Positions 33,201 to 47,842 of a stretch of DNA of 64,000 nucleotides are shown piece by piece. The stretch's first letter is position 1. Every line of letters begins with the position of its first letter. Below the pieces are notes generated by a model. That model did no database searches, was not told the DNA's origin, and worked only from the letters and a program-made list of their open reading frames with translations. This DNA comes from Trichinella spiralis. Lineage: Eukaryota. The DNA is taken from contig NW_003526941.1 in assembly GCF_000181795.1 (NCBI RefSeq), positions 1,591,469 through 1,655,468 on the forward strand, read 5' to 3'. Position numbers and translations under genes: made by a program.

Positions 33201-36200
33201 ACAAGCAGTCACCCCTTCATTCGATCAATCGAGCGTTAAGAAATTATTAGCCTCGCATTAAAATGTCAATGCCAACTGACAATATGCTTGCGAACCCTTC
33301 CGAAAATCCTCCCCCATAAAACGTTTCATGCCAATGAAGTGGAATAAAAGAAAAGTCAAAGCAACACAACGTCACTGAACAACCCCTCCACACACACACA
33401 CAGAACAAAAAACAGCACTACTTAACAGAAGAAATAAACAAACAAAAAGGAAAAGAAAAGAAACGAAATCATCGACAAATCTAATACATGCATGGTATTA
33501 TTGCATTTCAGGAGCATAATTAATTCTGACGGTTTTCATTATCCCAAAAAGTTCACATAATGATAATAACAACGACAAGTAGTGTTGTTATCGTTGCTGT
33601 TGTCGAAAAGAATGCGCCATGCCATTACAGAATCCACACAAAGCTACCACAAATAGACTACGAAAAGTGATTTAAAAATCAATACAAGCAGTAATAATAC
33701 ACTTGTTGTCTGGTGTGATAAATAAATAAATAAATGAAAATTAATTCACCAAATTGTAATGCTCAACATGTAAACTCAACTGTAATGTAAGTGAACTACT
33801 ATTTATGCTGTTTTCAATGAAGCTGTTATTATTATATTATTACAATGGTCGAATTCTGACAACTCCATCAATTCCAGTCGTGATTCTAGGGTTTGTTCCA
33901 TTTCTTCTTTTGAATTTCTCCTACCCCTCCCACTCTCACTCCTGTCCCTCATAGAAAATCACAGCTATTGTCTGAAGGAGTATCCAAATAGGAAAAAAGA
34001 ATAGAAATAAAACATCTCTAAACAGTAGAATATTTTGCTAGGCAAAAACAGCTGAGCAACACAAACGAGCAAGCAAAACGTTTCACACATACACACACAC
34101 ACACGTCGTTGGCTGGCAGAAAATCCGAATAACACATGTCGACAAAGTTTCACATTGCTTCGTGAAACAACAATATGGGTGTTGTTGTTGTGTGCAAATT
34201 GCAATAATATAAATACGCTGAAAACAAAGTTTCAGCAAAAAAAACCAAGAAAAAGATAACAATTTGATCAATCGACAACAATAAAACGAAAGCAGCTTGT
34301 AAATAATAGAAAATATTTGAAAATGATTCAAAAACACTAGTAAAAAACAAATTAATCAAAAAAAATCAACTGCTATAATAATAATGGAAATTGAGGGACA
34401 GAGAAAGAAGAAAAGATATGAATTTTTTCTTCTGCCCAAATGCAAAAACAAAATGCCCATTCGTGTATTGATCTGTGGAGCGAATGCGTTTGCTGGTCGA
34501 GAAATGACTACTGACACAAGATGACGAACGACAAGACAACGACGTTGTGCGAATTATATTAGTCTACACAGTCACAACAAGCTAACATCAACCGGTTGGC
34601 AGCTTTAATCGACCAATTTAGCCACTTATCCGCTTCTACGATTATCTTTGGAACACACTCAACCAAGCTATTCGTTAAATTTTAGGAAGAAAAAAAACAA
34701 TTGTAATAATAACGGTAAAAGAAAAGGCACGGCTCAACACTCAACATCGATGAGGTCTAATTTCCATCAATATAGCCAGCCAGTCGTAACCAATCGATCG
34801 ACCACCCGACCGTTGGTTGCAAGCAATAATATTTGTTATTGCTGAACTAACCTAATCAACCAAACACACACCATATACGTGTATGTATGTATGTATTTGC
34901 ATTGTGCATCAACATTGTAAATTGGAAAAAAATCAACTGGAATATGAACAAGCAGTAGCCGAAACAAAAGGCTGAACTCTGTGGGGCTGAACGAACGAAC
35001 GAACAAATAAATAAATAAATAAATAAAAAGAAAATGTGGCAATTATTCTGCTCGTAATTAGTTTTTCAAATATATAGATGGATAGCATAGCATAGCTGAT
35101 TTGAACGACCGTTGGTTGCAAGCACTTCATCACTAGCGCGATCATTAAATTGAAACGACCGAATGGGCACAACTGCACTTGCATGCAAACCAACCAACGA
35201 GGAGGCACTTGGAAATTAAACATTTTCGTACAAATAAATGAATGAATGGAATAATATAAAACTTTTTTTAAAAAAAGCATAAAAATCTTTCTCCAAACCA
35301 AATAATTGCAGCAGTATACTGCTGCTGATTCTCTAGTAAAATACACTTACTACTGCTGACATATTTGAAAGAAAAGGGAGAGAAGAAGAAGAAAAGCTCA
35401 TCAAGTGGAAAAAAATAATAAAACCAAGCATTATTCATTCTGTTATAGTGTGGCAGAGAACTGTGTCGATGGAAATGAAAGCAAATTTTCCAATTGTCAC
35501 TCTTTTGTCCACGATGATAAAGCAGAATTCTCGTGGGTGAGGAAAACGCCCCATCCGCGTTAGTCGCATGACAATCAAATTCAAAAGTTAACAAAAACGA
35601 ACACACACTGAGACGACTGGCCTTGCTTGCGCCTTGTCGTCAGGAGATGCAATCGAATTTTCTCGCCAAGGCAAAACACAAGCAAACATGATTGTGACCC
35701 CTGGTTTGTCTGCTGAGACAAATACGTCAATCAATCTTATTCAAATCCAAGTTCAGAAGGAGAAAATTAAAAATTAAACACACATACACACACACCTACC
35801 CAAATATGCAGCATATATATATATCTATGCTGATATATGTAGCGCGTTGGGAAATAATATCTCACATATCACCATCATCATCATCATCAACAACAACAAC
35901 TACTACTACCACTACTACTAATCTTCAATTGAAAATAGAGCAAAAATGAACCTCTGGAATAAATAAATTTCAAAGAAAGAATTATTTCAAAAAAAATCAC
36001 TGCGTTAACTTAAAAAAAAGATTCAATAATGGCACATAGTAAATGAAAAACTCGAATAGCTATTGAATAGAAAAAAAACAAAACAAAACAACACTACGCG
36101 CATATTATTCGCAGTAAAATTGATCGCTACGTTAACTGAGAGTTCGAAAGAGGGTGAATTTCAGAGAGCGGCTAGAGCAAGCAAGAAAAGCAGCAAAATG

Positions 36201-39200
36201 CACGAACCAACCAACCCAACCTACCGGATCTGATCATTTTCGTTCAATTGCAACAATTTTCAACAATTCATCATATTAATGATGAACATCAATGAACATT
36301 AAACGGTGCTGGAAAAATAATACAACTGCCATTCTAGTGACTACTCACATTTTCTTCCAAAAAAGTGATTTCAGACGACAACGGTCAATTTTGTAAAGCG
36401 CACTTGTGCTCAACGTACGTCGGACAAGCAAAGGTACTGTAACAACCAACTGTTGCTGCTGATCATCCTGTTCCAATGGCAACGGTTCATCAGGTTGGCG
36501 ACTGTTGCCACTGTCCTTGATGCCGTTGTTGTAGTTGCAGGGATCAACATCGGCCGGCTCAACTGTCGACATCGACAGTAACTGCTGCTGACAATGCATC
36601 GATGCGCTCTGCATTTGCTTCGCCGCCGGCTTTCTGCCACTGCAGCTGCTGACCAAAGTGACCGCCTGCGGCTGAGCACAACAAACAGCCTTCTCTTGGC
36701 TATCGACGTTAGCCAACGCCGAGTTTCGGCGATTCACGTTCTCTTGTTCCACACGATGCCATTTGACCAGACGATAGCAAACGCAGCATCCGCTCCACAT
36801 CGACCCAAGCGCCGGCTTGGCCTGCACTGCTGCGGTTCAGTGCCGACGACAGCAACACTGACCAACATCCATAATACGGAACCAAATTTACAACAACACT
36901 AACACCAACACCAGCACCAGCACCACCACCACCAACAACAACAATTACAACCGACACAAAGCACCAAATTGGGAATGAGGCAATCTTTCTATCCAGAAAG
37001 TCGTAATCAAAATATATACGTGACGTACAGAGGAGAAGATCATATCGAAAATGAAACAGCTGCAAGCTATTTCAGAGAGAGGTAAAAAGCAAGAATACGT
37101 CGAGTAAAAGAAGCAGACGGAGAACAGAGTAAAAGAGAAAGAAAGAGAGCAAGAGAGCGAGAGACAGAGAGAAAAACAAAGTGAATTAGCAGTGAGCGAG
37201 TTGAATAAAGCAGGAAAGAGAGAGTTAAAGTCAAAGAGAGGGAGAGAGAGAGAAAGGGGAATGAAGAATGCGAAAGCCGTTCAAGTCAGTCGTCGTCGAT
37301 TCACGCACTCACGCGTGTTCTCTCCCCATTTCGTTATTCCAAAGCCAACGACACTAGACGGCGCCACAATGCTATATTCTTGACGACGACGTAAGTAGTA
37401 ATGCCATTTCGCTCCGGTGCAACGCCGCCTCCTCCTCCACTGAAAGCTGCGCTTTTCCTCAACACATCTCTGGATGAACAGTTTTCCTTCTTTCATCATT
37501 CCCATAACAACCGCGTAAAACAAAAAAAACAAGAAAACACACACACACACACACACAGTTCATTCACTACAAAGCTTCCTCTTCCCATCTGTTGTTTCAA
37601 TCAACACAGTGACGACAATATATACACACGCAAGCACCAGCGTGCAGATATATGTACATATATCGTTTAACAAGCAGCCAACATTGCATATACAAATGCA
37701 TTTATTGCCACTAGAATTACAACTGAGCAGTAAAAAAACGTCAATGGTCTGTTGTTGTTTCTTTTAAATTCTTCTTTGATGTTTGCATTTGATCGTTGCT
37801 TTAAAGTAATTGAATTAGCCAAAGTTCGTTTATCGACTGGTTTAATTTTCAAGCTTGTCGTCGTGCGTTACCAATTTCCAACGTGGCAGGGTGGAAGAAA
37901 ATCGAACCACACGACAATCACAATGCTGCCCTCCCCTCTCCTCCTCCCCCCCCCCACACACACACTGCATTGGGCAAAAACGAACAAACACGTGTACGTA
38001 CAGTAAAGCAGTGAATGGACTTAAGCCGGTGATGAAACACAACCAACGGTAAACGGCAAAAGCCATGCGTTGAAAGAAAACAATATCGCCTTTGTGTGCT
38101 TGCTACTAATCTCGCTACCCTTCATCCAAGGCCAACAAACAAACAACTAATTACATGAGCTAATTGAACATTATCGATTTGAACAAAGATGCGATAAGCA
38201 AGCTTATCAACGTGTACGTATACACAAAGACAGAGAGCTAGAGGGGCGAAACGAAAGAAATCAGGAAACAGAAAAAGAAGGGCCAGTATCAATGATGCCA
38301 ATATATACAGCTAAAGTATGATTATGGTTTGCAGATGAAATTTATGTAACATAAAATTTTCTTCAAAAGTACAAAACAATAAGCAAAATAAATTATAATT
38401 TCCAATAAAATACGTGCATCTAATTTGCGCAGAGATCCGTGCAAAAATCGGCAACATTGATCGCGACGGGCTTTTGTCGTTGTCATTTTATGAACAACTA
38501 CCGCACGCTGGGCAATGCAAATCTCCAAAATCTCGATGCCAATTTCTCTTATCTACTTTGCTAATCAGCGACAAACAGCACTGATAATGCTGCGTAACAA
38601 TATTCATTTTGCAAAAGTGCAAATACCTTGCAAAATAAATTAATCAATTTACCATTCATCACGTTGAATAACAACAATTAACTTATGAAAACAAAATTAC
38701 ATTCGTAACAACTATATGAGAGAAGAAATATAGCGGCGATTTCATTTTCGTCTACATGATCTTTCTTCAAACAAACTGCTTAAACAAATGACTGCACGAT
38801 GCAGACTACGGCACAGTTTCATTTAACACAACTAGCTAGCTCTAGCTCTAGCTCTCTCCAAGAAATTACTCAGTGACACACGAAAAAAACATTTCTGACA
38901 AATACACATAAGCTCCACAATTCTTAACTAGCGCCGCAGAAACAATACAAAGCAAAATCGCATCCACATATAAACGTACAAATCTGTACATTACATACAA
39001 AGTACAGATCATAACTACACGCTGATGTAATTCGTTTTCTACAACTGCATTAAAACAAATGTTAGATTAGTGGGAAAATATTGAAAAGAATTTTTAATTG
39101 CTTCACTTCATTCCATTTTCCTGAACAATAGTCAAAAATGAACTGACCTTTCCAACTTAATTGTGCAACTAAATTCAATTAAACTTCACTGCAGACAATG

Positions 39201-40989
39201 AATCTGTGCAAACTTTTTCATAAAGCTTGAAAATCACTTATGTACAGTACTTGTTTGTTCAAACATGCAGTCAACCGACAAAACAGAAAATCAAACACCG
39301 TTAAATGTCGTAAAATGTCACCAATAAAAAAAGACTTTTAAGAATTTATTCTTTCACAGCACTTTGAAATTAATATTGAAAGAAAAACAGTCAGTGAGGA
39401 GTGAAACAATCAATTTTTGACCAACAACAAATAACTGAACAATATATCGAAAGCTGATCAAACCCGCTTGCTTCGCTTCAAAAGTCCACTTCAACGATCT
39501 GGTTGGTCACACATTTGATCGATAAATAACAATTATTTTTGCATCAATAATTTCCAACAATGTTCCACTTAATATTTGCACACTGAACGAACCTCTCAAT
39601 TTGATGCAAATGAATGAATGAATCACCACTTTAAAACCCGTTTTCACACTACTTACGACTTTACAAACTGCTCAGTTATCACCCTGAATAAGATACTACT
39701 AAATTTACATTTGAAAAATAAAAATATTTTTAAAAAAAGAAGAAAAAATAACCAATCAAACGAATGCTTACATTTATAGGAAAATTAACGTCACGTAAGT
39801 CAATATTAATTAGTAACGGCAAAATGGTGCGCTTCGTACATACGAAATGCAACATTTTCTGAAGTTTGTAAAACAACATTATCAATCGATGATTATTTCT
39901 CGTGCCAACCGAAAGCAGCAATAACAACTATAAAACATCCATAGCTATGTGCCATCCCCTTCTCATCCTGCGACAAATGCTCATCAAACAAACACCACAT
40001 ACTGCAATAATAAATACTAAGTAACTATATCTATGCATATATGTATTTACGCGTGTGCGCACGCGTTCACACGTGTGTATTATGTTCGGCCGAAGCAATA
40101 AGCAATGCGATGCGCCAAAGCACACATGCAGCCAATGACAAATTGATGAAACTTGACGTAAAGCAATGACAATAAAACTTGAGCAATAATAGCTTCATAA
40201 ATTGAGGAAAATGACCGCAATAACTAAATAGCTGAACAATAAGTTCCACTCGCATTGCCAGGCACTGCAATGAATCACGCAGTACTGCCTGCTGCTACTA
40301 CCACTACTACTGCTACTGCTACTACTATCACCGCTAATACTAATATTAATACTAATACTACTAGTGTCGCCGCTGTTGTTGGATGAATTATCTGAAGGAT
40401 TTATAAATTTCCTGAGATTTTTTCACCGAAAATCATTTCCGATCACAACCAACCGAAGCACTAACTAAATGTACCTTAAAAACTGCTGAGGAATAAACAA
40501 AAAAAAAAGAATCAGTTTCTTAGATCATCAGTATGAGATCAGTATTTTCACGAAACCTTTCGACATAACGCATCAAAATCAACGCATGTCTTGGATCAAT
40601 TTGCATCAGATTGTATATCGATCATCAGTCAAAACAAATCAGTCTGAACTATCCAACAAAATAACAAAAAGTCATCACTTCCACTAATGCCTATTATTAT
40701 AATAAGTCTAGATAGTCACTTAGTTGATTGCCAGAAAAAACAAACCAAGTGTATAGACAACCGAAAAAACCACGATGAGAAAATGACCAATAGAAGAGAA
40801 TAGAATAGAATAGAATAAAATAAAATAAAATGAAATGCTTACTGAGAATCAGAGACACGGGGTGTTGAGTGGGTGAGTTCGGCATCGGAATCAATCCGAT
40901 ACAGGAAAGAGCCTCGACGATGATGTGGATGCGTCGAACCACTGGGCAACGTACTGGCTTCGACTCCAGTTTTCTTGTTAACATCAAAA
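27275..40989 (-). CDS. pde-4: cAMP-specific phosphodiesterase 4 (dunce/pde-4), common exons (UCR1, UCR2, catalytic domain)
   Basis: Exons 40989-40843, 29602-29504, 29449-29122, 29042-28952, 28877-28516, 28440-28179, 28089-27935, 27831-27526 and 27445-27275 are all phase-consistent. Motifs: [82 protein letters not shown]. Confidence 0.96.
31295..31329. repeat. (CAGTA)7 pentanucleotide repeat
   Basis: Direct reading. Confidence 0.9.
31832..31839. promoter_or_regulatory. Full CRE palindrome TGACGTCA (PDE4 intron)
   Basis: Exact match; function inferred. Confidence 0.45.
36349..36800 (-). CDS. pde-4: PDE4 alternative first exon splicing to 29602 (isoform lacking the UCR1 PKA site)
   Basis: GC-rich 452-nt open frame MWSGCC...SLFWKK ending AT|GTGAGT (phase 2), giving ...[13 protein letters not shown]. 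Confidence 0.65.
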
Positions 40990-41246
40990 CTAAAAACAAA
41001 AAGAAAAATAATCAAATGAATCAAACAGAAAATATCATACTTAATTAATAACTTTATTAATGAATAATTTAACGATATGATAAATGTAGTAAATAAATAA
41101 AGAACAACAAAAGAAGAAAACAACATCCTCATCGACTTTTATGCATCAGCCAACCAATCAGCAGTGCGTGTGTTTATCTACATGCATATGTAAGAATGGA
41201 AAATTAACATAGTATCGAAAATTCTCGCCTCAATGTTGCTATGTAC

Positions 41247-41395
41247 CCAGTAAATTTTCGCCTGGATAATTTTTTGAAGTTGAACCTGGATTGATCATGT
41301 GACGACGGAAGTGACGGTTTCGACGAACCCTGATCAGAGTTGCTCACTTTGAGTGATTTGATCCGGCGATTCAACAAATAGCTACTTTGTAACAT
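41247..41395 (-). CDS. pde-4: PDE4 alternative first exon (long isoform)
   Basis: MLQSSYLLNRRIKSL...LSRRKFT then GG|GTACAT (phase 2), joining to FDVNKK at 40989. Confidence 0.5.
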
Positions 41396-42134
41396 GCCAG
41401 CTAGCTGCCTACCGTTTGCAGTGCGCCAAAGAGGAGAGCAGAGAGAACCCAAGCGACGGCCACCGCTTTACAACGGCAAACAATGACGAGGAAGAAAAAA
41501 AGAAGAATGAAACAACAAATGCAAATTATAAAATGTAAAGAGGTGAAGCAATTATGAATTTATTTTTTTTAGTCGCCTCAACTGACACAAGCGAAGGATC
41601 GAGTCATCGCATCGGCTTTACCGGAACAACAGAACATCGTCAAACGAAGAGGGGGCTAAAGTTTCGTCCAACAAACGAACGACGAGCCCAACCAATCGGG
41701 TGTAGCAGCACCACGATGTTGAAAAATTCAAAATTTGGCAATCGATGACGTACTGCCCTTTGATTGATAGCTGCCAAACGCTTTGTCAACTGGAGACAAA
41801 CAAAAAGCCAGACTATTCCTCTTCCAGCTTCAACTTTCAGAAATCCACTTCCTCTTCTATGGGACTTATGTTCATACGTTTACTTCTTCATCTCTTTCTG
41901 TTCCACTTCTCCGCACAAGATCCAGCCCAACCGTGCAAACCGCAAGTTTAATCGTCACAATTTAACAATAAGTTCCAATTAACACCAAACATCTCACTCA
42001 ACCGACATCGTCGTCATCGTCGTTAGCAGCAGCAACAATAATATTAAGAACAACAACAATAACAACTCAAATCTTCCCAAAAGCCTTTCTGAATTTGATG
42101 TGTTCATTCATCATTTCTTACTTTTACTTCTTAT

Positions 42135-42136
<2 letters not shown>

Positions 42137-42174
<38 letters not shown>

Positions 42175-42220
42175 TATTATTATTACTATTATTACTATTG
42201 TTATTGTTGTTGTTGTTGTT
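42137..42220. repeat. Compound (TAT)n/(TAC)/(TGT)n microsatellite
   Basis: Direct reading; explains the poly-Tyr/poly-Cys ORF 42100-42504. Confidence 0.95.
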
Positions 42221-45200
42221 TAAATTTAGCAAAGCTAAACTGCTTAGCATTCAGTTGTGCAAAACAAATCACCAATACGCGGAAACAAAATGTAACATAT
42301 TTCAATTTCTTTGCAAAAGTCTTATTTGTAAGGGGCGATCATGATAACAATAAAAAAATGCCAAAATATCGATTTTCAGTTGCAAGTCGTCAAACGACAT
42401 TAATTGTGCGTATACATATGTGCATTTGGGTCCGTACGCGTATAAATGTGAGAACTCAAAAAAATAAAAAAAAAATTCACCCACGCCAAGAGTATGCACA
42501 ATGAGAGAACCCTAGCAGTAATCGTTCGTTCATTTATTTCATTGATCAAAAGCAAAACCGAAAAAGCAATAACTTCAAAATAATATTCAACAGCCAAACT
42601 TTTCAATAAATGCAAATAAAACAAAACTATTATTTATCCAATATATAGAGCCAGCAGAATTCAAAGCAATTCATCGCTTCCAGTAACAACAGTGAGGATC
42701 CACTTTACATCCCAGCATGCATTATAGAAATAAAATACGTTTCGCTTGTATGCAAATGCAGCAGCGCCTGAACAAACAAGCAATTCATCATTAACACCCC
42801 TCCCCTCCTAATCTAACGCAAGCAAAAAAGCTAAAATGAAACAATACTTAAAATGCAGGCAACTATACCGACGATGAGGTCGTGCCCAACCACCTGCAGG
42901 AAAAGAAGCACTACGTTGAACTGCTTCATCAAGCTAACAGACAGAGACAAATCGATCAAATAAAATAAAGAAGCTAATAAAGAATTTCGCACATTTCACA
43001 AGGAAAATCAATCAAAACCAATAAAATCACCTAGACTTTAATTTTCAAAAACAGATTACATAAATAAATGAAGAATTGATTAATCACTCGATTATTATTA
43101 TTATTATTATTATCACTTGAGCATAAATGGGAATTCTTCGCATGATGACTCCTCCTAAAACGTTGTACAGCTATTACAAAATTGCAAGTGAACAGCTTTA
43201 CAAAGATTATTCAAATTTAATTTAACTGGCAACATGAAAGCAACTAAAATACAATAAACACATTGACAATGCTGAAGTCTAAATCGGGAAACGGCTAGCT
43301 CTGCCTTGAGTAAACATCTTCTGCGACTAAAAGCGTACTACACACATTCATACGTTTAACAACAACTCCATTTGATGCAAAAATAGTTTTTCTCTTGAAC
43401 AAACAACATATGGATAAATAAAATAAAGCATTTGTCTCAAACATGGAAATTACTTTCCCACGTATCAACCTGAACATCAATTTCAATATGCTACAGTATA
43501 CAGCCCGCGATGATAAGTCGATATAAAACTGAATTTGCATAATTTATCAAAACAAAGGGATAATTGTAATCGTGAAGTGGATTCTGTTTTAGACACATAC
43601 CAAAAAACACAAACAACAAAGAAAATAATTGATTTGAAAATTGTGACGTTACCGTCGTGTGAGGCGTCACATTTCAATTTCGTAATTGTGCAAAATTTGA
43701 AAAACCACTTCAAATTGAATTTCTCTTTTCACCGAAAACAATGGTTATACCATTTTCCGCATGAAACAAAAAAGGTGAAGGGAAAAAAACGCATGCGCGC
43801 GAGTCGTCTCAGCTTATCGAACTGCCCTGTGGATTGAGGCGTATCGACAAAAATATTGACAAAATCCCTTGATTGTGGAAAAAAATGATTCAAATTAAAT
43901 GACTTGCTAATCGTTCAGTTGGCTTCAGTTAGTTGGAACAAAAAGCTTCGCACTCGCAGCACAAGACGAAGAAAAATGTTCGTCTGAAAAATTTCGCTTG
44001 CCTACATATACAGTGATGACGTTGAAATCAAAATTAAACGTTACTTGAATAAGATGCTTAGGAAAAAAAACCAACTCACCCCATCGTAAAACATAAACCG
44101 ATTTGGCATGCAATGCAAATCAATATGGAATATTATTTTGCAGCTGATGAGCAAGCACATTACCGTCAACATATTTTTCATGCATACACACATCAATTCT
44201 CTATTGGTGGTGGAATATCAGACTACGCATAGACATTAAAAAATCTTAGACAAACTATTGAATAACGAAACGAACCTCCCCCTTCCCCAATAAGGTTGTT
44301 TTCCATTTCTAATCCTAAAATATACACTGAAATACATGAATACGTATAAACGGGAAAATTTGCAATGTTAAGTGGAAGAATTTTTTCCACAGTTCTACTA
44401 TTTAAGCGTCTGTCAAATATTGTGTAGTTTACGAGTAGTTTCAAATTTCGCAATGCATAGTTAATAGTTTGAAGAAGAGAAAATATCGATTCCATTTCCA
44501 ACGTTGATAATTAAACTACTCGCTGACTGTTCGTACTTGAGGGCAAGGCAAAGGGAAATAAAATAACTAATCGTACAGCAACGGTTCGTTTCGTTGAAGT
44601 TCAATTTCAAAAATTGCGTTTCCAATAATTTATGCTAAGAAGAAACAACAACAACAACAACAATGTCAATAATCATCTTTGAAAATGTTAAACACCTCCC
44701 ACGGCGTCATCACAGCTATTTCAATTACATTACTCGATAGGATTCTTTTTTCCCCGGGCATGGAAGATAAAAAAAAACTTCAACCTATGCAACTGGCAAT
44801 TTTCCTTCAAAGCAGACAGAAAAAAACTTTAGACGATAAAAACAAATTTTTTAGCAAAATTAACGATCACTTGGCTTCTTCATCATTGCACATCAATTGA
44901 CAATTCAAAAGAGATGATCAGCTTGAAATCCAATCAGTCAGACAGATAAATACCCAGTCGGCAACGTTACGCCCAGTTAAAAGCTGTCGCTATATGCAAG
45001 CATGTTGTTGATCAGATATGCAATAGCGCAACTGAAAGTATTCAAGCACTGATTCAAAGCACGCTTTTTCAAATGTGCGAATAAACCTACATTTCTTGAA
45101 CAAGCATCAGCAGAATCTGTGATCGCAATTCATCGTCCAATTCACTACTATGTTTCTTCAGATTTTACAATCGCGCATCTCATCCCCATCTGGTGGTGAT

Positions 45201-45313
45201 AAATAAAATCACCATCCAATGGGAACCAAACAAATTCCTCGCATTAAGCAGCCTAACAACGTTGTAGAAAGCAAATGTTTATTATCTCAGAGATAACGGG
45301 CATTGCTTCTGTC

Positions 45314-45316
<3 letters not shown>

Positions 45317-45348
<32 letters not shown>
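45317..45348. repeat. (AC)n microsatellite
   Basis: Direct reading. Confidence 0.95.
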
Positions 45349-45350
<2 letters not shown>

Positions 45351-45841
45351 CTCTCTCTCCCTCTCCTCCCATTTCTCCAACGGATATCCTTCCAGTCAAC
45401 CAAACAATATAAAATAAAAGACAATAGACACATATACACACGCGTTAGACACACATGCACGAATGACGCAACAGCTTAGTGCTTCTAAAAATGTTGTTCC
45501 ACAAGCAGCGCAAAAATTTGTTCAATTCAAATTAAGCTTTGTGCCAATGAAAGATTTGAAATAAAAATGAAGAAAACTTATCACATTATAAAATAATGTG
45601 AGAAAAACCTGACAACTAACTGAAAATCTGCAAACAGAACAAAAATTACAAAACAATCGTCCCAGTTATTATGATTATTAATAAATGAATGAAAGTATGA
45701 GTGAGTGAATGAACGAATTGAAATGAAAAAGACACTGAATCAATTGATCACACGCATTGTCAATTTTCACAAATGAATTGCTTCCCAAACAACCTGATAA
45801 AAGATGTCTAACTCTATCAAATAGAACCATTTGAAACATAC

Positions 45842-46092
45842 CACAAAGATCCGTAACTTGACGGCAGTACATCCGAGTGTCTGCGCAAAGGCAACGCCGG
45901 ACCGGAACCTGCTTTTACAGTCAAAAAAGGCTTAACCAATAAAGGCTCACCACCATCGCGAGCAGTATCGTCGACACTTAGGCTGCCAGCAGTCTGAGTC
46001 GGAGGAGTAGAATCAGCTTCGAACACGACGTCCAACGATGTCGAATCCTCGTCGCCCTGCTTGAACGTGACCACAATATCCGGCACTTCCAT
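45842..46092 (-). CDS. pde-4: PDE4 alternative first exon (long isoform) with RRHS motif
   Basis: MEVPDIVVTF...LPLRRHSDVLPSSYGSL then TG|GTATGT (phase 2), giving ...SL-CFDV, which resembles PDE4D3 RRHSWICFDV. Confidence 0.8.
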
Positions 46093-47834
46093 AATAGAAT
46101 ACAGTGTATAATAACGGTATGTTGAAATCAGGTATGAAAGATCAACAGGATAGATGAAATAAAAAACAACAGCTCAGATGACGGTGACCAGTGAAGAAGA
46201 AAAAAATTTTAATAAAAAGAAATCTTTTTCCAACGCTTGATAACTGCTTAGTCGCTTGTTTCCGGTATAAAAGTGACGTAGTAGAAGCGCCGTCGACACG
46301 GTCGGTCAAGGCAAAAAATGCTGCGGTGAAGAGGAGGTTTTCAAGGTTAGCCGGTAAAACAGAATAAAAATAATAAAATAAGCAGTGGAAATTGTAGTAA
46401 TTGGTTGGTTGGTGGTAAAAGAAAAGAAGAAAATTTAAGGACGATCCCAGAACAAATCCAGCAACGTTCTACTAGTAGTTGGTGGTTGCCGAACACTTTT
46501 CACCGGCTAGACAACAATATCACCAGACACCAGAAGGCGCTGTTGGCGTTAGCGTGCGAGTTAAATCTTTGCGCTCGGTTCTCGATTTCGACGCTGACAA
46601 AGCTTGCCAACAACCACACCACACCACCACTGACAACAATTATACGAAAATACCGGCTACAGTGAATGTGGAAGAAAAATTGATTCCTCGCCTGGACCGC
46701 ATCTCGTTACCGGCAGCAATACGATGCTTCTTGGACAAACGAAAAGCTCGTGCCACCCACGAGGGTCGTCTAATGTCTAAAGTTTCACAAATTTCTGGCC
46801 CAGTTGTGCCGTTTTCAACGAAAACTTATCTTAATATCCAACGCAACAGCACCAATGCAATCTCTTTTTCCACTTTGCATATGCAATAGCTGTACGTGGC
46901 GAAAGAAGAAATTTTTGCCAATGCTTTCATCAGTTGAACACTGACGAAGTGATCATCGACCCGTGGTTTCATGTCTGCCGAATCCGCTGGGACCATAGGA
47001 TCACTCACCATAAGGCGGCAGTTGGCTAGTTTAATAAAATTCACAATAGTGAGCAATTGATCGCCAAAACCAACCTCTCTCTCTCTCTCGATGTCTGTCT
47101 TCAACCTCACCACTCGTTCGCCGACAAAAGCTGTGCAAATTGTTCATCCGCAACAGTTAGCTGACTGACTGCCACCATTAAAAGCAATATTGGAAAAATG
47201 AAAAAATCAAAAATCCTTTCCTTCTGCCCTTCGTATTTATTCTCTTCTTCAACAGAAACGACGATATATATATGAAGGACGACAATTTTTGGCTTCACTT
47301 TAATCATCGCATTTTTCCACAACCACATCAGCATGTTTCTCATCTTGTAGCAAGTAACAGAACAGTAGAACCTGGTTTGGGGTAAATAAAGCAACGAAAC
47401 AACCAACAACAGAAAATCAAGCCATCACAGAAGAAACAAGCACAAGCTGCTTGCTTTTTCTCGAGTGTGCTGTGTGTGCGTATGCTGGGACTAGTAAGAC
47501 TAGTAGTAATTATAATAAAATTCGGTTAGCACAAACGCCCCGTTGAAATTTTGCATAATTATCAAACGCTTCGTCCACAAATATGCAATCAATCGAATCT
47601 TGCAAATTTCAGTGCTGTGTGTTTGTGTGTGTGATTCAATTTGTTTACTTTTTCCATCATCCATCTGCTGCTGCTTTTCCGGTTTGCTTTTCTTCTTTCC
47701 TTCCGGCTAATTAGCATATACCTCGCAGGGCTTGTATTTGGGGAGAACATTATTATTATTATTATTACTATTATTCATCGACTGTTGTTTCAACTATTTA
47801 GCTGTTGAAAATCAATTTTCCCATGATATCAATG

Positions 47835-47842
47835 TGACGTCA
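47835..47842. promoter_or_regulatory. Full CRE palindrome TGACGTCA upstream of PDE4 exon 46092
   Basis: Exact match; function inferred. Confidence 0.45.

Noticed and set aside
42100..42504. 134-aa ORF with poly-Tyr/poly-Cys
   Set aside because: Translation artefact of a (TAT)n/(TGT)n microsatellite antisense in a PDE4 intron.
43804..43848. Small hairpin CGTCTCAG...TTGAGGCG
   Set aside because: Too short and G-U-rich for a pre-miRNA; expected by chance in 64 kb.
46826..47113. ORF that could be another PDE4 first exon (phase-2 AC|GTACAG)
   Set aside because: Weak donor and no supporting motif; cannot be distinguished from chance.
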